Shown here: positions 22,368-32,460 of the stretch, one piece after another | How the letters are laid out: each line of letters opens with the position of its first letter | Position numbering within the stretch: position 1 is the first letter of the stretch | NCBI GenBank assembly: GCA_032718475.1 | Contig: JAUCBJ010006535.1 | Location: 1-37,522 of the forward strand | Direction of reading: 5' to 3' | Length of the DNA: 37,522 nt | Source: Nemertoderma westbladi | Lineage: Eukaryota > Animalia > Xenacoelomorpha | Position numbers and translations under genes: made by a program | Notes under the pieces: generated by a model | What the model saw: only the letters and a program-made list of their open reading frames with translations | Databases searched by the model: none | What the model was told of the DNA's origin: nothing

Positions 22368-22826
22368 TAGGCCCTATAGATACGATATATTAATGATGTA
22401 CGGCTTGACATTACACTAACTGACTGAATAGAGATAGAACAATAATTAACGATATAATTAGTGTACTGTACCTAACTCCAAATGACAATAATTATGGAAA
22501 TGTTGTTTATCTGTTAAAGTGTAGGCGTGGGTATTTAATTTCGCGTTCCAAAATGTTGATAATGTGCTAATATTTCGAATATCGCACATCGAATCGTTCC
22601 AAACTTGTTTATTCAACAACTAGATATAACAATTCATAAACAGTTGCGTTTACAATTTTACAATACATGGAAGTAGTTTGAAGCCATTTGGTGGTTGGTT
22701 ATACATAAATACGAAGAAACAAACATACAAACATACATACATACATACATACTGTACAACCATCGTGTCTTTGCGGCCTCAAATTTAGATAAAAACTACC
22801 CAGTCTAAAGACAGCTTCGTTCTAAA
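22368..22826 (+). repeat. ~450-bp dispersed repeat with (ACAT)n and a short terminal hairpin, copy 1
   Basis: Starts TAGGCCCTATAGATACGATATA and ends CCCAGTCTAAAGACAGCTTCGTT; collinear with 24911-25329. Confidence 0.9.
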
Positions 22827-24910
22827 TTACTGATTCCCCAATTGCTACGAATTTACAGTTCCCTCTATAGCGTGAACTGATGTAGCTTGATAACTCATTT
22901 ATTTCTCAGTAATTATTAGAGATGCCTTGAGATTTCTTACAACACAGACAAAAGACGTCAGTTCGTCAGACATAGCCTCTGGGAAGATGTCACCGCCAGA
23001 TAGCGACGTGCCAATAATATGATATGCATTTAATAATTTGGTAATGACAATAATATCGACTAGGTGACTAAAAGCGGAGCTGGAATATTATTGTTGATAA
23101 CAACGCACTTTGTTTCAGGGGTGTCAAGCCGAAAACTCAATGAAATAATAAGTGGTTGAACGGTGGTGCCTCCACCTTGATCTACCGAGCTGGGAAGGCG
23201 ATCGTTTATCTCGATTCCTCGCCAATATACTGCGCCGAACCTCACCACACCCTTTATCTCTCTCTCTCTGCACATTCTAATCAAGTGAAAGCGGGAACCG
23301 CATTAAGGCATTATTCGATCGATAAAATACTCCGAGTGAATAAAACCGAAGTGAGGCGCAAATATGGATTGGATTCACTCGCCCCTGTAAGGAGAAAACA
23401 AACAGGTTGTCCTTTCAGTCTAATTATAAATGTCAAAAAAGGGAAAACGTATTTATTTAATATCGCAGAGTCCTAATACAGTACTACCTGCGATGAAGGA
23501 TACGGAAATAGAGAGCAGCAGGTGGCTCGATATTAATAGGTAACGTTGAACACTTGAAGACTTTTTTGTTTTTCCACTATAATATAATTACTTCTTACTA
23601 CTGGAAATGATGTTTTAGTCAGTAATATAATATTGTATATAATATTATGTATATTGTATAACATAATATAAACCGAGAAAGAGAAACTACAGGCCATTTT
23701 GGTCTGGATGATGGAGCATCAGCAATTGGGTAGTTAGTGGGCTGACACGACTGAGTTCCAAACTTATTATGCCTCACAAATATTAATACTTTGAATACTA
23801 TAAAGGATACATTTAATGGTGCTTTAAAAAGAACGGTGGGGGGGGGGGGGGGTGGGGAGGGGTCGCACTCAAAATCAACCCCTCCCAAGAAGAAAATAAA
23901 AAATATAAGTATAACCTGTTCAATTGACTTTTGTTTACTGTTTTGGTTAGAATAATGTGGCATTGTAACCCACCCCCTCACCCTGCTTAAATAAATTTGA
24001 AGTAACTGCCACATGCTACTATTTTGTGGTCATACCATCAGGCAATGTTTAGCTAATAAACCCCTTTAGCTCTATCATTTCCCAAGGACACTGTACTTGA
24101 GAACATCGTCAAACTTGGAAAGTGTTACGGCTGACAGAGTGTTTTGGAGAATCACGGTTTCTGGGTCTGGATCGTCAATTTCACCATGTTGTGTCCAAGT
24201 CAAGCGAATTGGTTGAACTGGAAGTAAGGATCATTGAACGTCAACTCGCAATGGGTGATCTAACAGAGAGATTTGGAAAGTGAAGTTTTCAAAAAACCTT
24301 TGTTGATTGGCTTTTCAGTAGTGAAAATGGTTTTCAAAATGCTAAACGAATGCTTAAAGTGCTAAACGTTAATAGCGCAAAATGACCAGAAACACCAAAT
24401 ATGTATTTAGTGGGTTGCTCAAATAACTTTACCTTGGATACCTTATACCTCAAATAACTGTATACTTTAGTCATACTTAGTGGTTAGTGCTCATCTTTGG
24501 ATCATGATAAGGATATTATAACAGTGCTTTTACGAACTCAGTCTCCAAGAAACAGGTTGGATTTGAAGATGCAAACCAAGAATGACTTGCATCAACCAAA
24601 CAAACTGCAAACAAACAAATCACAATCACAATTAGTGCGATGTGTGAAATGTTATCCCGATACGCAACCTGGGAAACAGCCCCAAAGAGGGGTTCATTCT
24701 GAGAAGAGTTCTTACTGTATGAGATAAATAAAATATAAGAACTCTAATTATTTCTACATAATACTATATAAGTTTGCATAATAAAAAACATCGGAGCAAC
24801 CAATACAATGTACATGTACAAGACTCCTATGAAAGTTTGTGAAATCTTCCATTGAGTCTACCCAATCCTTCGATTGACCCTGGTTCAGTTTACTGGTTTT
24901 GTTATGACAC

Positions 24911-25329
24911 TAGGCCCTATAGATACGATATATAAATGATGTACGGCTTGACATTACACTAACTGACTGAAGTCAGATAAAACAATAATTAACGATATAA
25001 TTAGTGTACCTAACTCCAATTGACAATAATTAGTGAAATGTTGTTTATCTGTCAAAGTTTAATTTAAGTTCGCGTTTAAAATGTTTATAATATGCAAATA
25101 TTTCCAATATCGCACCTCGAATCGTTCCCAACTTTTTATTAAACAACTACATAACAATAAATTTATAAATAGTTGAATTTATAATTTTCCAATACATGCA
25201 AGTGGTTTCATAAGACATTTGGTGGTTATACATACAAACAAACATACATACAAACAAACATCCATCGTGTTTTTGCCGGCCTCAGTTTTAGACAAAAACT
25301 ACCCAGTCTAAAGCCAGGTTCGTTATAAA
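24911..25329 (+). repeat. ~420-bp dispersed repeat, copy 2 (direct orientation)
   Basis: Collinear with 22368-22826, with small indels. Confidence 0.9.
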
Positions 25330-25538
25330 AACAATGCTAGAGGAAATACATTAGCAATAGCAAGGAAATTCGGCATTGCATCTATCCAATACATCCAATT
25401 CAATACAAAGCATCCAATACTATGTGAAACTGAAAGTAGCTCTGTTTGTGCAATCATCACACCTATTTATTGTTATAGTTTATGGGCTCGGCGTAACTAC
25501 TCAGTAAGTCTCTTTGGCAAAATTAAATAATTTAGTTT

Positions 25539-25877
25539 AGGTGTTGACATGATAAATTAATATTTCAGTATCAATACTATCGGCATAAGGTAAGTTTTAA
25601 TAATTTTTACAAATTGGGCTGCCTCCACACCTAAAAATATATTACTTTTAAAACACAAATTTCCTCTTAATGCCTCTGCCTTTCATTAATCCTCTGCGAT
25701 CCTTTGGGTTGGGTTGGTGCAGATTAAGAGGGCGGTAGAAGCGAGGGAGGGAACTTTTCTCTGTTCTTTGATTTATTCTTATTGGCGGTTTGGTTAAATT
25801 TCTTATTTATTTATTTAAATTTCTTAAGTACCGATTTTGGGATAGAATTGCTCAATTTTAATCTGTATCTGATAACT
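25539..25877 (+). repeat. ~335-bp dispersed repeat, inverted partner of 31360-31668
   Basis: AGGTGTTG...AAATTAATATTTCAGTATCAATACTATCGGCATAA...GAATTGCTCAATTTTAATCTGTATCTGATAAC is the reverse complement of 31360-31668, with indels. Confidence 0.9.
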
Positions 25878-26804
25878 GAGCCTTGTCCTGCGCAATGGCC
25901 CCACGAACGTGTTTAGGTTTACATACAGTAACAGTAAGTACAGTACTTTTGCTGACTCCCAAACCGTCACTTGCAATAGAGCCAGCCGCGGTCTACTTCT
26001 ATTTCTTTACTAACTAATAATTTGACATTCATAAGCTAAGAGGGTCCTGTTGATTTGACAAGAGAAACTCGTGTACTTACAATGTCGCGCGGCCGTCAAT
26101 CAAACTAAAGATTAAAATCCAAAAATTATACCATTAAATTTAACATATGCCAAAAAATCAAAAATACATTGAAACGTGTTTAAAAGGTAGATTTCTCTGG
26201 TGTTCAGGGGATGTGGCTAATCAGGTGCCCTGTAGGATATCTTATAGGGTGATTTAGATAGGCGCGGGTTCTTGCCATTCCGCCCCGGCGATTTCAGACA
26301 CGACCAACACCTCCTTACCCCCTTTACTGAACACAAAACCAGCATCTAATCAGTTCGAGATGCCACTTGTTTAGCTCACGTCATTCTCTTCCCTGTTAGC
26401 CAAATCGAACAGGACAGTCTGCTGAAGAACTAGCCTCGGGGTCGGTGACAGACCTGCTGGACCCTGAAGCTTATATTATTTATAGACTTGCAAATTTACT
26501 TACTCATCTGTCTGGGAAACGTGGTTCCGTCTATTGGTCGCCTCAATGTATATAATAGGTTAGCTAGACTAGTGTATCTATCTATCTATAGATAGGAATT
26601 CATGCAAACTTTTAAAACATAATAATATAAAATGAATTTTCTTCAAAGTAGGCATGGTATTAATTTTGCAATTGTTGACAATGTGAAGAACAGATCAAAT
26701 ATTTATCATATTTCGGAGTTTTTATTATTCGTACACTTACTTCTTCTTGATGATTAATTGCTAGCCTATAGGTGCGACATGCTACGTAACAAACTTTAGT
26801 AACC

Positions 26805-29800
26805 ATGGCAACTACACCCGGTAGAGAGAAAGGGCGTCGAGTGTCCTACACTCAGTTGTCCATGCTGAAACCTCCGACTAACAATATATCCCGCAGCAGA
26901 TCGCCCAGCGGTTTAAGAGAACCTCCACTTCCCGAACCCCCCGCTGGGGTGCGTCGTGCCAGCCAGTCGTCCGGAAGTGGTTCACGTCGCGCCAGTTGTA
27001 ACTGCATATTGGTCTACCAGCTGGCCGATCAGTACGCCTTGGAGGGACTAAAAGACAGGTTAATTATTTACCGATCAATATAAATACCTTTGAATGTCTA
27101 GAAGACATATAGGTGGAGGGGGGTGGGGACTCAAAATTCATCTCTCTCCCAATTTCCCCTGGGGAGGGATGACTTTTTATTGCGTCGAATGTCTGCTCCT
27201 GTCATCTTAAGTAAACCTTCGACTTAGGTAGACACTCCTGTCCGTCCTGTTATAAACATCTTAATCCTTCCCTTTCAGATCATTAAAATGCGTCGGTCAG
27301 CATTTCGATGCGATAAACGATCAATTGAGGAGCTTCACATTCAGTCAGGTTATCGGGATATTATCTTCCGACAGAATGTGCGCTTCATCCGAAGTTCAAA
27401 TATTCAATATGGCTAAGTCCTGGGTTTTGCACGGTAAGTTGGTAGGCGTTATCTCAATTATCCCCTTACCGTCCTTTTCTCATTCCGGTATTTATGTTTG
27501 CTGACGGAACCAACTTCCTTCTACATTTGGAAGAGCTAATGTGTACGGGGGGGGGGGGGGGGTACATAAAATATTTATAACTAAAACTGCTACAAGATAC
27601 TATGTAGAGTACAGTATATAAACAGGTTATATACAGTAGTAAAAGTGACGCATATATATTAGTCAATGGGTACAACGAGTCAGAGGGAACAAAACGAGTC
27701 AAAGTGTACAACATCAAAGGGTATAACGAGTCAAAGGGTACAAAACGAGTCAAAGGGTACAAACCAGGCGGTTATTTAGTACGTTGATTTTTTTTGTTAT
27801 ATTAGTTGGTCAGGCCTCAACAATAATTAAAACTGTCATGTAACCCTAACCCTAAGTCATAATATAAGACATTTAGCGGAATTTCTGACATTATTGCCAT
27901 TAACGGCCCTTTGTTGTACCCTTTTTTCCATTTCTGTACTCTTTGACTCGGAATCCAATAAATTTTCTATTCTGACTTCTGAATATATAAATAAGTGATC
28001 GAACCTTTTATGAATTTATTTTATATGATATTTATATTTCATTTGGTACATTTTTTCTTTTTACTTCACAGAATTTGAAGAAAGAGGTCACTTGGCGCCG
28101 CAAGTATTTGCCACAGCGCGCTACACGTTGGTAGATGCAGCTACCTTGGCAACTACCATTGAGAAGCAAATGATGCCATTCGCAAACACAATACACCTAA
28201 TACAAGACGCTTATAAGTACCATTGTTTACCGCGGTACAAACCTGTGCTGCCTTCGGTTTGCCATATTAGGAATGGAGTTGACCTTATAATGGTATTCAA
28301 TAACAACGAGTCAGCCAATTACAAGGAAGCGCGTGTAAGTAAAACTAATCTCAAAAATAAAATAGAAGAAATAAGTAGAAATTAATAATAGTAGGAGGAT
28401 CATAGCACCAGTATCAGTCTCCCCTAAGGTATGCTAAAGTTATGCATTCATTATAAATTATATATTATTATACAATTTGTTTATAAATTATATTAATTAA
28501 TTGTAGTTGCGCTGTTAATGCAACTTTAATTAATGATATTGTAATAAGTTTTTCAGAAATGGAAAAAATGAGAAAGCGCGTCGCCGGGGGTTGAACTAGT
28601 GCTATATACGTACGCTTCGCCATTATCAGGCCTCTTCAGTAGCGCGAATATTGATATGCAACTAAAGACTGCCTGTTCAGTAGAAGTGGAATAGATAGAA
28701 AGGTGAATGTCAGGGGAGAGTGGCTGAACCTATTAGCACTACTGAAGAGGCCTGATGTGATAGGCCGAAACGTACGTATAGCACTGGTTCAACCCACGGT
28801 GAAACGCTTTCTCATTTTTTCCACTTATGAACAACTAATTACAATATCATTTATAAATTATAAACAAACTACAACCCACCCACAAATTTATAGGTCCTTC
28901 TAATCAATTTTTTCCAAAAATAGACTAAATGTAGGCCTACTGTTGAAAATGGTAGGACTAGCCGTGGACGAACGACTATCACATAGATCAACTTGAAATC
29001 GATATTACAATAGACTTGGGTAAAGCGAAATTGTGACAATTATGGAGAATCGATCTGGAAGCCTGAAAGGATTTCATTTATACTTTCCGAGGACGCTCGA
29101 CCTTATAGTAGTAATAATATGAAAATGAAATATAATATGAAACCACTCATTCACCCGAAACACCAATAATAAATGATAATAATAGTAGTATTACTGTAGT
29201 ACAGTAGTATACATAATTTCATTGACAACATGTGAAAGACTGAAGAAGAATTCTGGGAATATTTATTGATTAACGGTAAATTTCAAATAATAATAAGTGT
29301 AGGACAATATATCTAACTGAACTTTTCCCGTACGTAGAATAATCATATTTATTATCTTTTAATAATATTGTATATTTAAGACGTAAATTTAGGGTAATAT
29401 TGACTAATTAAGCAGCAGGCTAACCAGGGAATAACTAACTAAATATATTCCCCGTATATAGGCCGCAATGGGTCTATTACTGTTGGGAGGTCCGGCTCCA
29501 GGGTAGTACTAAGGGTCCTCCGCAGCAAGGAGTGAGTGATGCGTCCTCAAACGGATATAGGAAAGTGGTCGATGATACCCGCGCATCTATAAACTCAAAG
29601 GAATAAAAAGCAGCACCCTGGATCATTTGACCTCCTTTTGTTAAATTTTACACTCTTGTCGTATTATTGCCTAATTTTTTTGAAAATGAGTTACAGTATA
29701 TGTATTCATTGAACTTTTAATTAATTTTTAATATGTTTTATATCTGAGTAATTTCCAAAATAATACTTACTGACTGATACAGGACCAACAATATATGGTA

Positions 29801-31265
29801 CTTCCAATCATGTTTTTATTTATAACTATTAATTGAAGAGTAAATAAGAAGTTTCAGGATTTGAGATTGGGTCTTAAATCCGCAGGGAGAATATACGACT
29901 CCCATTGAATTACATCCTGAATTACTTTTTTCAGTAGATAGGGTACCGTGGTCCCGCAGAACTACGCTTACGAGAATTACGCGGTGTTTCACGCCACCAG
30001 TGAACCGATGTGTCTTGATAATTACAGGAGATCAGTCGCCTCGTGGGCCACGAGTAATTCCGGATGAATCGGGGAAATGCTAATTATACGGCAATTATAC
30101 GGCAAATCAGGGATCGAGGGAACGGTACGGGGAGGGGGGTATGGTACGGAGGGAACGGTACGGGGAGGGGGGTACGGTACAGAGGGAACGGTACGGGGGG
30201 GGGAGGGGTGGTATGGTATGGAAGGAACGGTACGGGGAGGGAGGTAGAAAATGGATCGAGGGAACGGTACAGGGAGGGGGTACATTACGGAGGGAATGGT
30301 ACGGGGAGGGGGGTTACGGTACGGAGGGAACGGTACGGGAAGGACGGGTATGGTATGGAGGGAACGGTATGGGGAGGGGGGTATGGTACAGAGGGAACGG
30401 TACGGGGAGGGGGGTAGAAAACGGATCGAGGGAACGGAATTGGGAGGACGGGTATGGTACAGAGGGTACGGTACAGGAAGGACGGGTACGGTATGGATGG
30501 AACGGTACGGGGAGGGGGGTAGAACACGGATCGAGGGAACGAACGCGGAGGGGAGTAGAAAACAAAATTGGAATTCTGGACGGGCCCTTATTAATGAAAC
30601 CTATTGTAATATAAATAGCTTTAATTAAATAGTTTTTGCGATTTTCTGTTATTAGACCTTACACACTTTTGCATATTTTTTGTCCAATAGCTATTGCCAA
30701 GGTTAAAGGCTGATTCTCTAAATGGAATGAAACAGACATTCGAAATGTTGAATCCAACGGAAGTGACTTCAGTGATAAATGTAAATGACTTCATATTTAT
30801 CTTTGGGAAAGAACCCGGAGACGTAAACAAAAGGACTGTCCTGTACAGGTGAGTGTCAGAAAACGGGCAGGGGAGAACAAAGGGACTACTATTAATTAAT
30901 TTTGGAAAGGGTTCTGTGGTAATGACCAATATAATGAGAGATTTGTATAGATTACACATTAACATGGCTGGTACCTTTATGCTACAGAACTGTAAGACGC
31001 CAGCGCGCCCGAATGCACGTGAGTCCAAAGCCATAATTTTGACTTCCGACACATATTATGGATTCTAACCAGCACACAGACATTTGGAAAACTACAGTAG
31101 TATAAGTACTAACCGTTGCTGATATGGCTCGCAGTAATAATATGTATAATAATATCTTTTCCAGATTCGATCCACGAGTAAGTCAATGGTTGACACTCAC
31201 TGCTCATTCAAGTTCTCGGATAGAGTTTCAGCTTTATAAGAAAGATTGCATATTCGCTACTAATC
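26805..31265 (+). CDS. Kelch-like (KLHL-family) protein: BACK domain plus first kelch repeats; five exons, 3' part not found
   Basis: Exons 26805-27058, 27279-27433, 28072-28334, 30691-30848, 31165-31265, all GT-AG with compatible phases 2/1/0/2. Spliced product includes NCILVYQLADQYALEGLKDRSLKCVGQHFDAI...ILSSDRMCASSEVQIFNMAKSWVLHEFEERGHLAPQVFATARY...LIQDAYKYHCLP (BACK and linker) and VINVNDFIFIFGKE...LYRFDPRVSQWLTL...RIEFQL (kelch repeat, KLHL9/13-like RFDPR..W). Start AACCATGG follows an in-frame TAA at 26787. Confidence 0.85.
27660..27956. mobile_element. Helentron/HINE-like non-autonomous element in intron 2, with a 17-19-bp tandem array and TAACCC repeats
   Basis: About six copies of (AAA)ACGAGTCAAAGGGTAC at 27662-27762, TAACCCTAACCCTAA at 27841-27855, and an inverted copy TGTACTCTTTGACTCG at ~27935-27950. 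Confidence 0.55.
28599..28645 (-). ncRNA. Degenerate minimal hammerhead ribozyme, family A (antisense copy)
   Basis: Minus strand GCGCTA-CTGAAGA-GGCCTGATAATGGC-GAAG-CGTACG-TATA-TAGCAC; GAAA is changed to GAAG, stem II is shortened and there is an extra TA. Confidence 0.75.
28736..28784 (+). ncRNA. Minimal type I hammerhead ribozyme, family A (Penelope/retrozyme type), intact catalytic core
   Basis: GCACTA-CTGAAGA(28742-28748)-GGCCT-GATGTGAT-AGGCC-GAAA(28767-28770)-C-GTAC-G-TA-TAGCAC. It has the CUGAnGA and GAAA boxes, a 5-bp stem II, a palindromic GUAC-capped stem III and a GUA triplet; predicted cleavage 3' of 28778. Confidence 0.88.
30110..30560. repeat. G-rich ~33-bp minisatellite in intron 3 of the kelch-like gene
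   Basis: Unit approximately GAGGGAACGGTACGGGGAGGGGGGTA(C/T)GGTAC, with a variant carrying GTAGAAAA(C/T)GGATC; about 13 copies. Confidence 0.92.
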
Positions 31266-31359
31266 GTAAGTTTATCATAAATATTAAAGCTGTTTCATAA
31301 ATAGGAACGGTTCACGGAACGGAAAATTAAAATTCTAATTTAGGAAAATGAGCAGATTA

Positions 31360-31668
31360 AGTTATCAGATACAGATTAAAATTGAGCAATTCAATCACAA
31401 AATCGGTATTTAAGAAATTTAACCAAACCGTCAATAAATCAAAGAAGAGGGGTAAGTTCCTCCCTTTCAACCCCCCACAAACTGCACCCCAACCCAAAGG
31501 CGCACAGAGAATTGATGAAAGGCAGGTATTAACATAAATTTTATTTTAAAAGTATGATTTTTTAGGCTTGGAGGCAACCCAATTTGTAAGAAATTATGAA
31601 TTATTGAAACTTACCTTATTATGCCGATAGTATTGATACTGAAATATTAATTTACCATACCAACACCT
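31360..31668 (-). repeat. Inverted partner of the 25539-25877 repeat
   Basis: GTTATCAGATACAGATTAAAATTGAGCAATTC...ATGCCGATAGTATTGATACTGAAATATTAATTTA...CAACACCT. Confidence 0.9.
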
Positions 31669-31949
31669 CGAGCAATAGGCTGCCACTGGAGAGCCAAAGG
31701 CTCGACAGAGTCTTATATGGAATAAATAATGCAGCCTTTTTAACGGAACTTAGCAAACTAAAATAAACACCAAAGTAAAACCTCATAAGATAGCGCATTA
31801 TATAGAACCCCCTCGGAAGTAGGCACTTTGCTTTGATCTTTTTTAGGTCGATTTTTAAAGGATTTTTCCAGGAGAATGGCGAAAGCTAGAACAATTCTGT
31901 TTGCGCGATTTTATAGATGTCCCGAGCGCGCACAGCAGATAAATATTTG

Positions 31950-32460
31950 GCAAAAATCTGTTAATTAATTAATTAGTAATTAGCGATTAAAGATTTCTAA
32001 TTGATTTTTCTCGAAAAGTATTTGGTTTTTTCCCTAGCAACGGTGTTTTTTTTTGTTCATCTCGGTAAGATCTAAAAAAAGTTCAGTCATCGCTATGGCC
32101 CTCCTATCACTGTTAATTAGTACTAATTAGCCGAAAACTAATTAGCGTCGTAACTCGAAAACACTAAGAGCTATGAAAAAACGTAACATCACAAAGTTGT
32201 TCGGAATTTTATTCTACACAAAAAAGTCTCTGGCGCCGATGCCGTATCTCCTACCGTTAATTAGTAATTAACTAATTACTTAATTACCTAGGCGGGGAGG
32301 CTTTGCCCCCCCGCCCCCCCGCCCCCCAAATCCTTATTCACAAGGTGTATCAAAACGGTTTACTATTTTACAAATGATAATTACACTAAAATCTTTTGAA
32401 TCGAACTAATTAACGATTTTACTAATTAGTAAAGTTCCCCAAATTAATTAATAAATTATC
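31950..32460. repeat. TAATTA(G)-rich degenerate repeat, probably the interior of a non-autonomous DNA transposon
   Basis: Clusters of (C/T)TAATTA(G) recur at ~31960-31985, 32113-32147, 32257-32288 and 32405-32452, roughly 150 bp apart; no ORF. Confidence 0.4.

Noticed and set aside
26416-26453. GTCTG-CTGAAGA...GGTGA-CAGAC hairpin as a hammerhead or SECIS element
   Set aside because: No GAAA box or cleavage triplet geometry, no apical AA, and no selenoprotein ORF upstream.
27841-27855. Telomere or chromosome-fusion relic
   Set aside because: Only 2.5 TAACCC units, embedded in a small repeat element.
28703-28903. 66-aa ORF MNVRGEWLNLL...
   Set aside because: It overlaps the hammerhead repeat; its similarity to the end of the 20759-21367 ORF comes from the shared non-coding repeat.
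29461-30090. Extra kelch-gene exons at ~29462-29530 and ~29934-30090
   Set aside because: AG/GT sites exist, but translations lack kelch motifs or hit stops, and exon 3 joins exon 4 in phase without them.
30022-30628. Six overlapping Gly/Arg- or Pro-rich ORFs
   Set aside because: Translations of the G-rich minisatellite inside an intron.
30621-31068. ORFs 30621-31052(-) and 30853-31068(+)
   Set aside because: The first is antisense to kelch exon 4; the second starts just after a GTGAGT donor, lies in intron 4 and has no recognisable motif.
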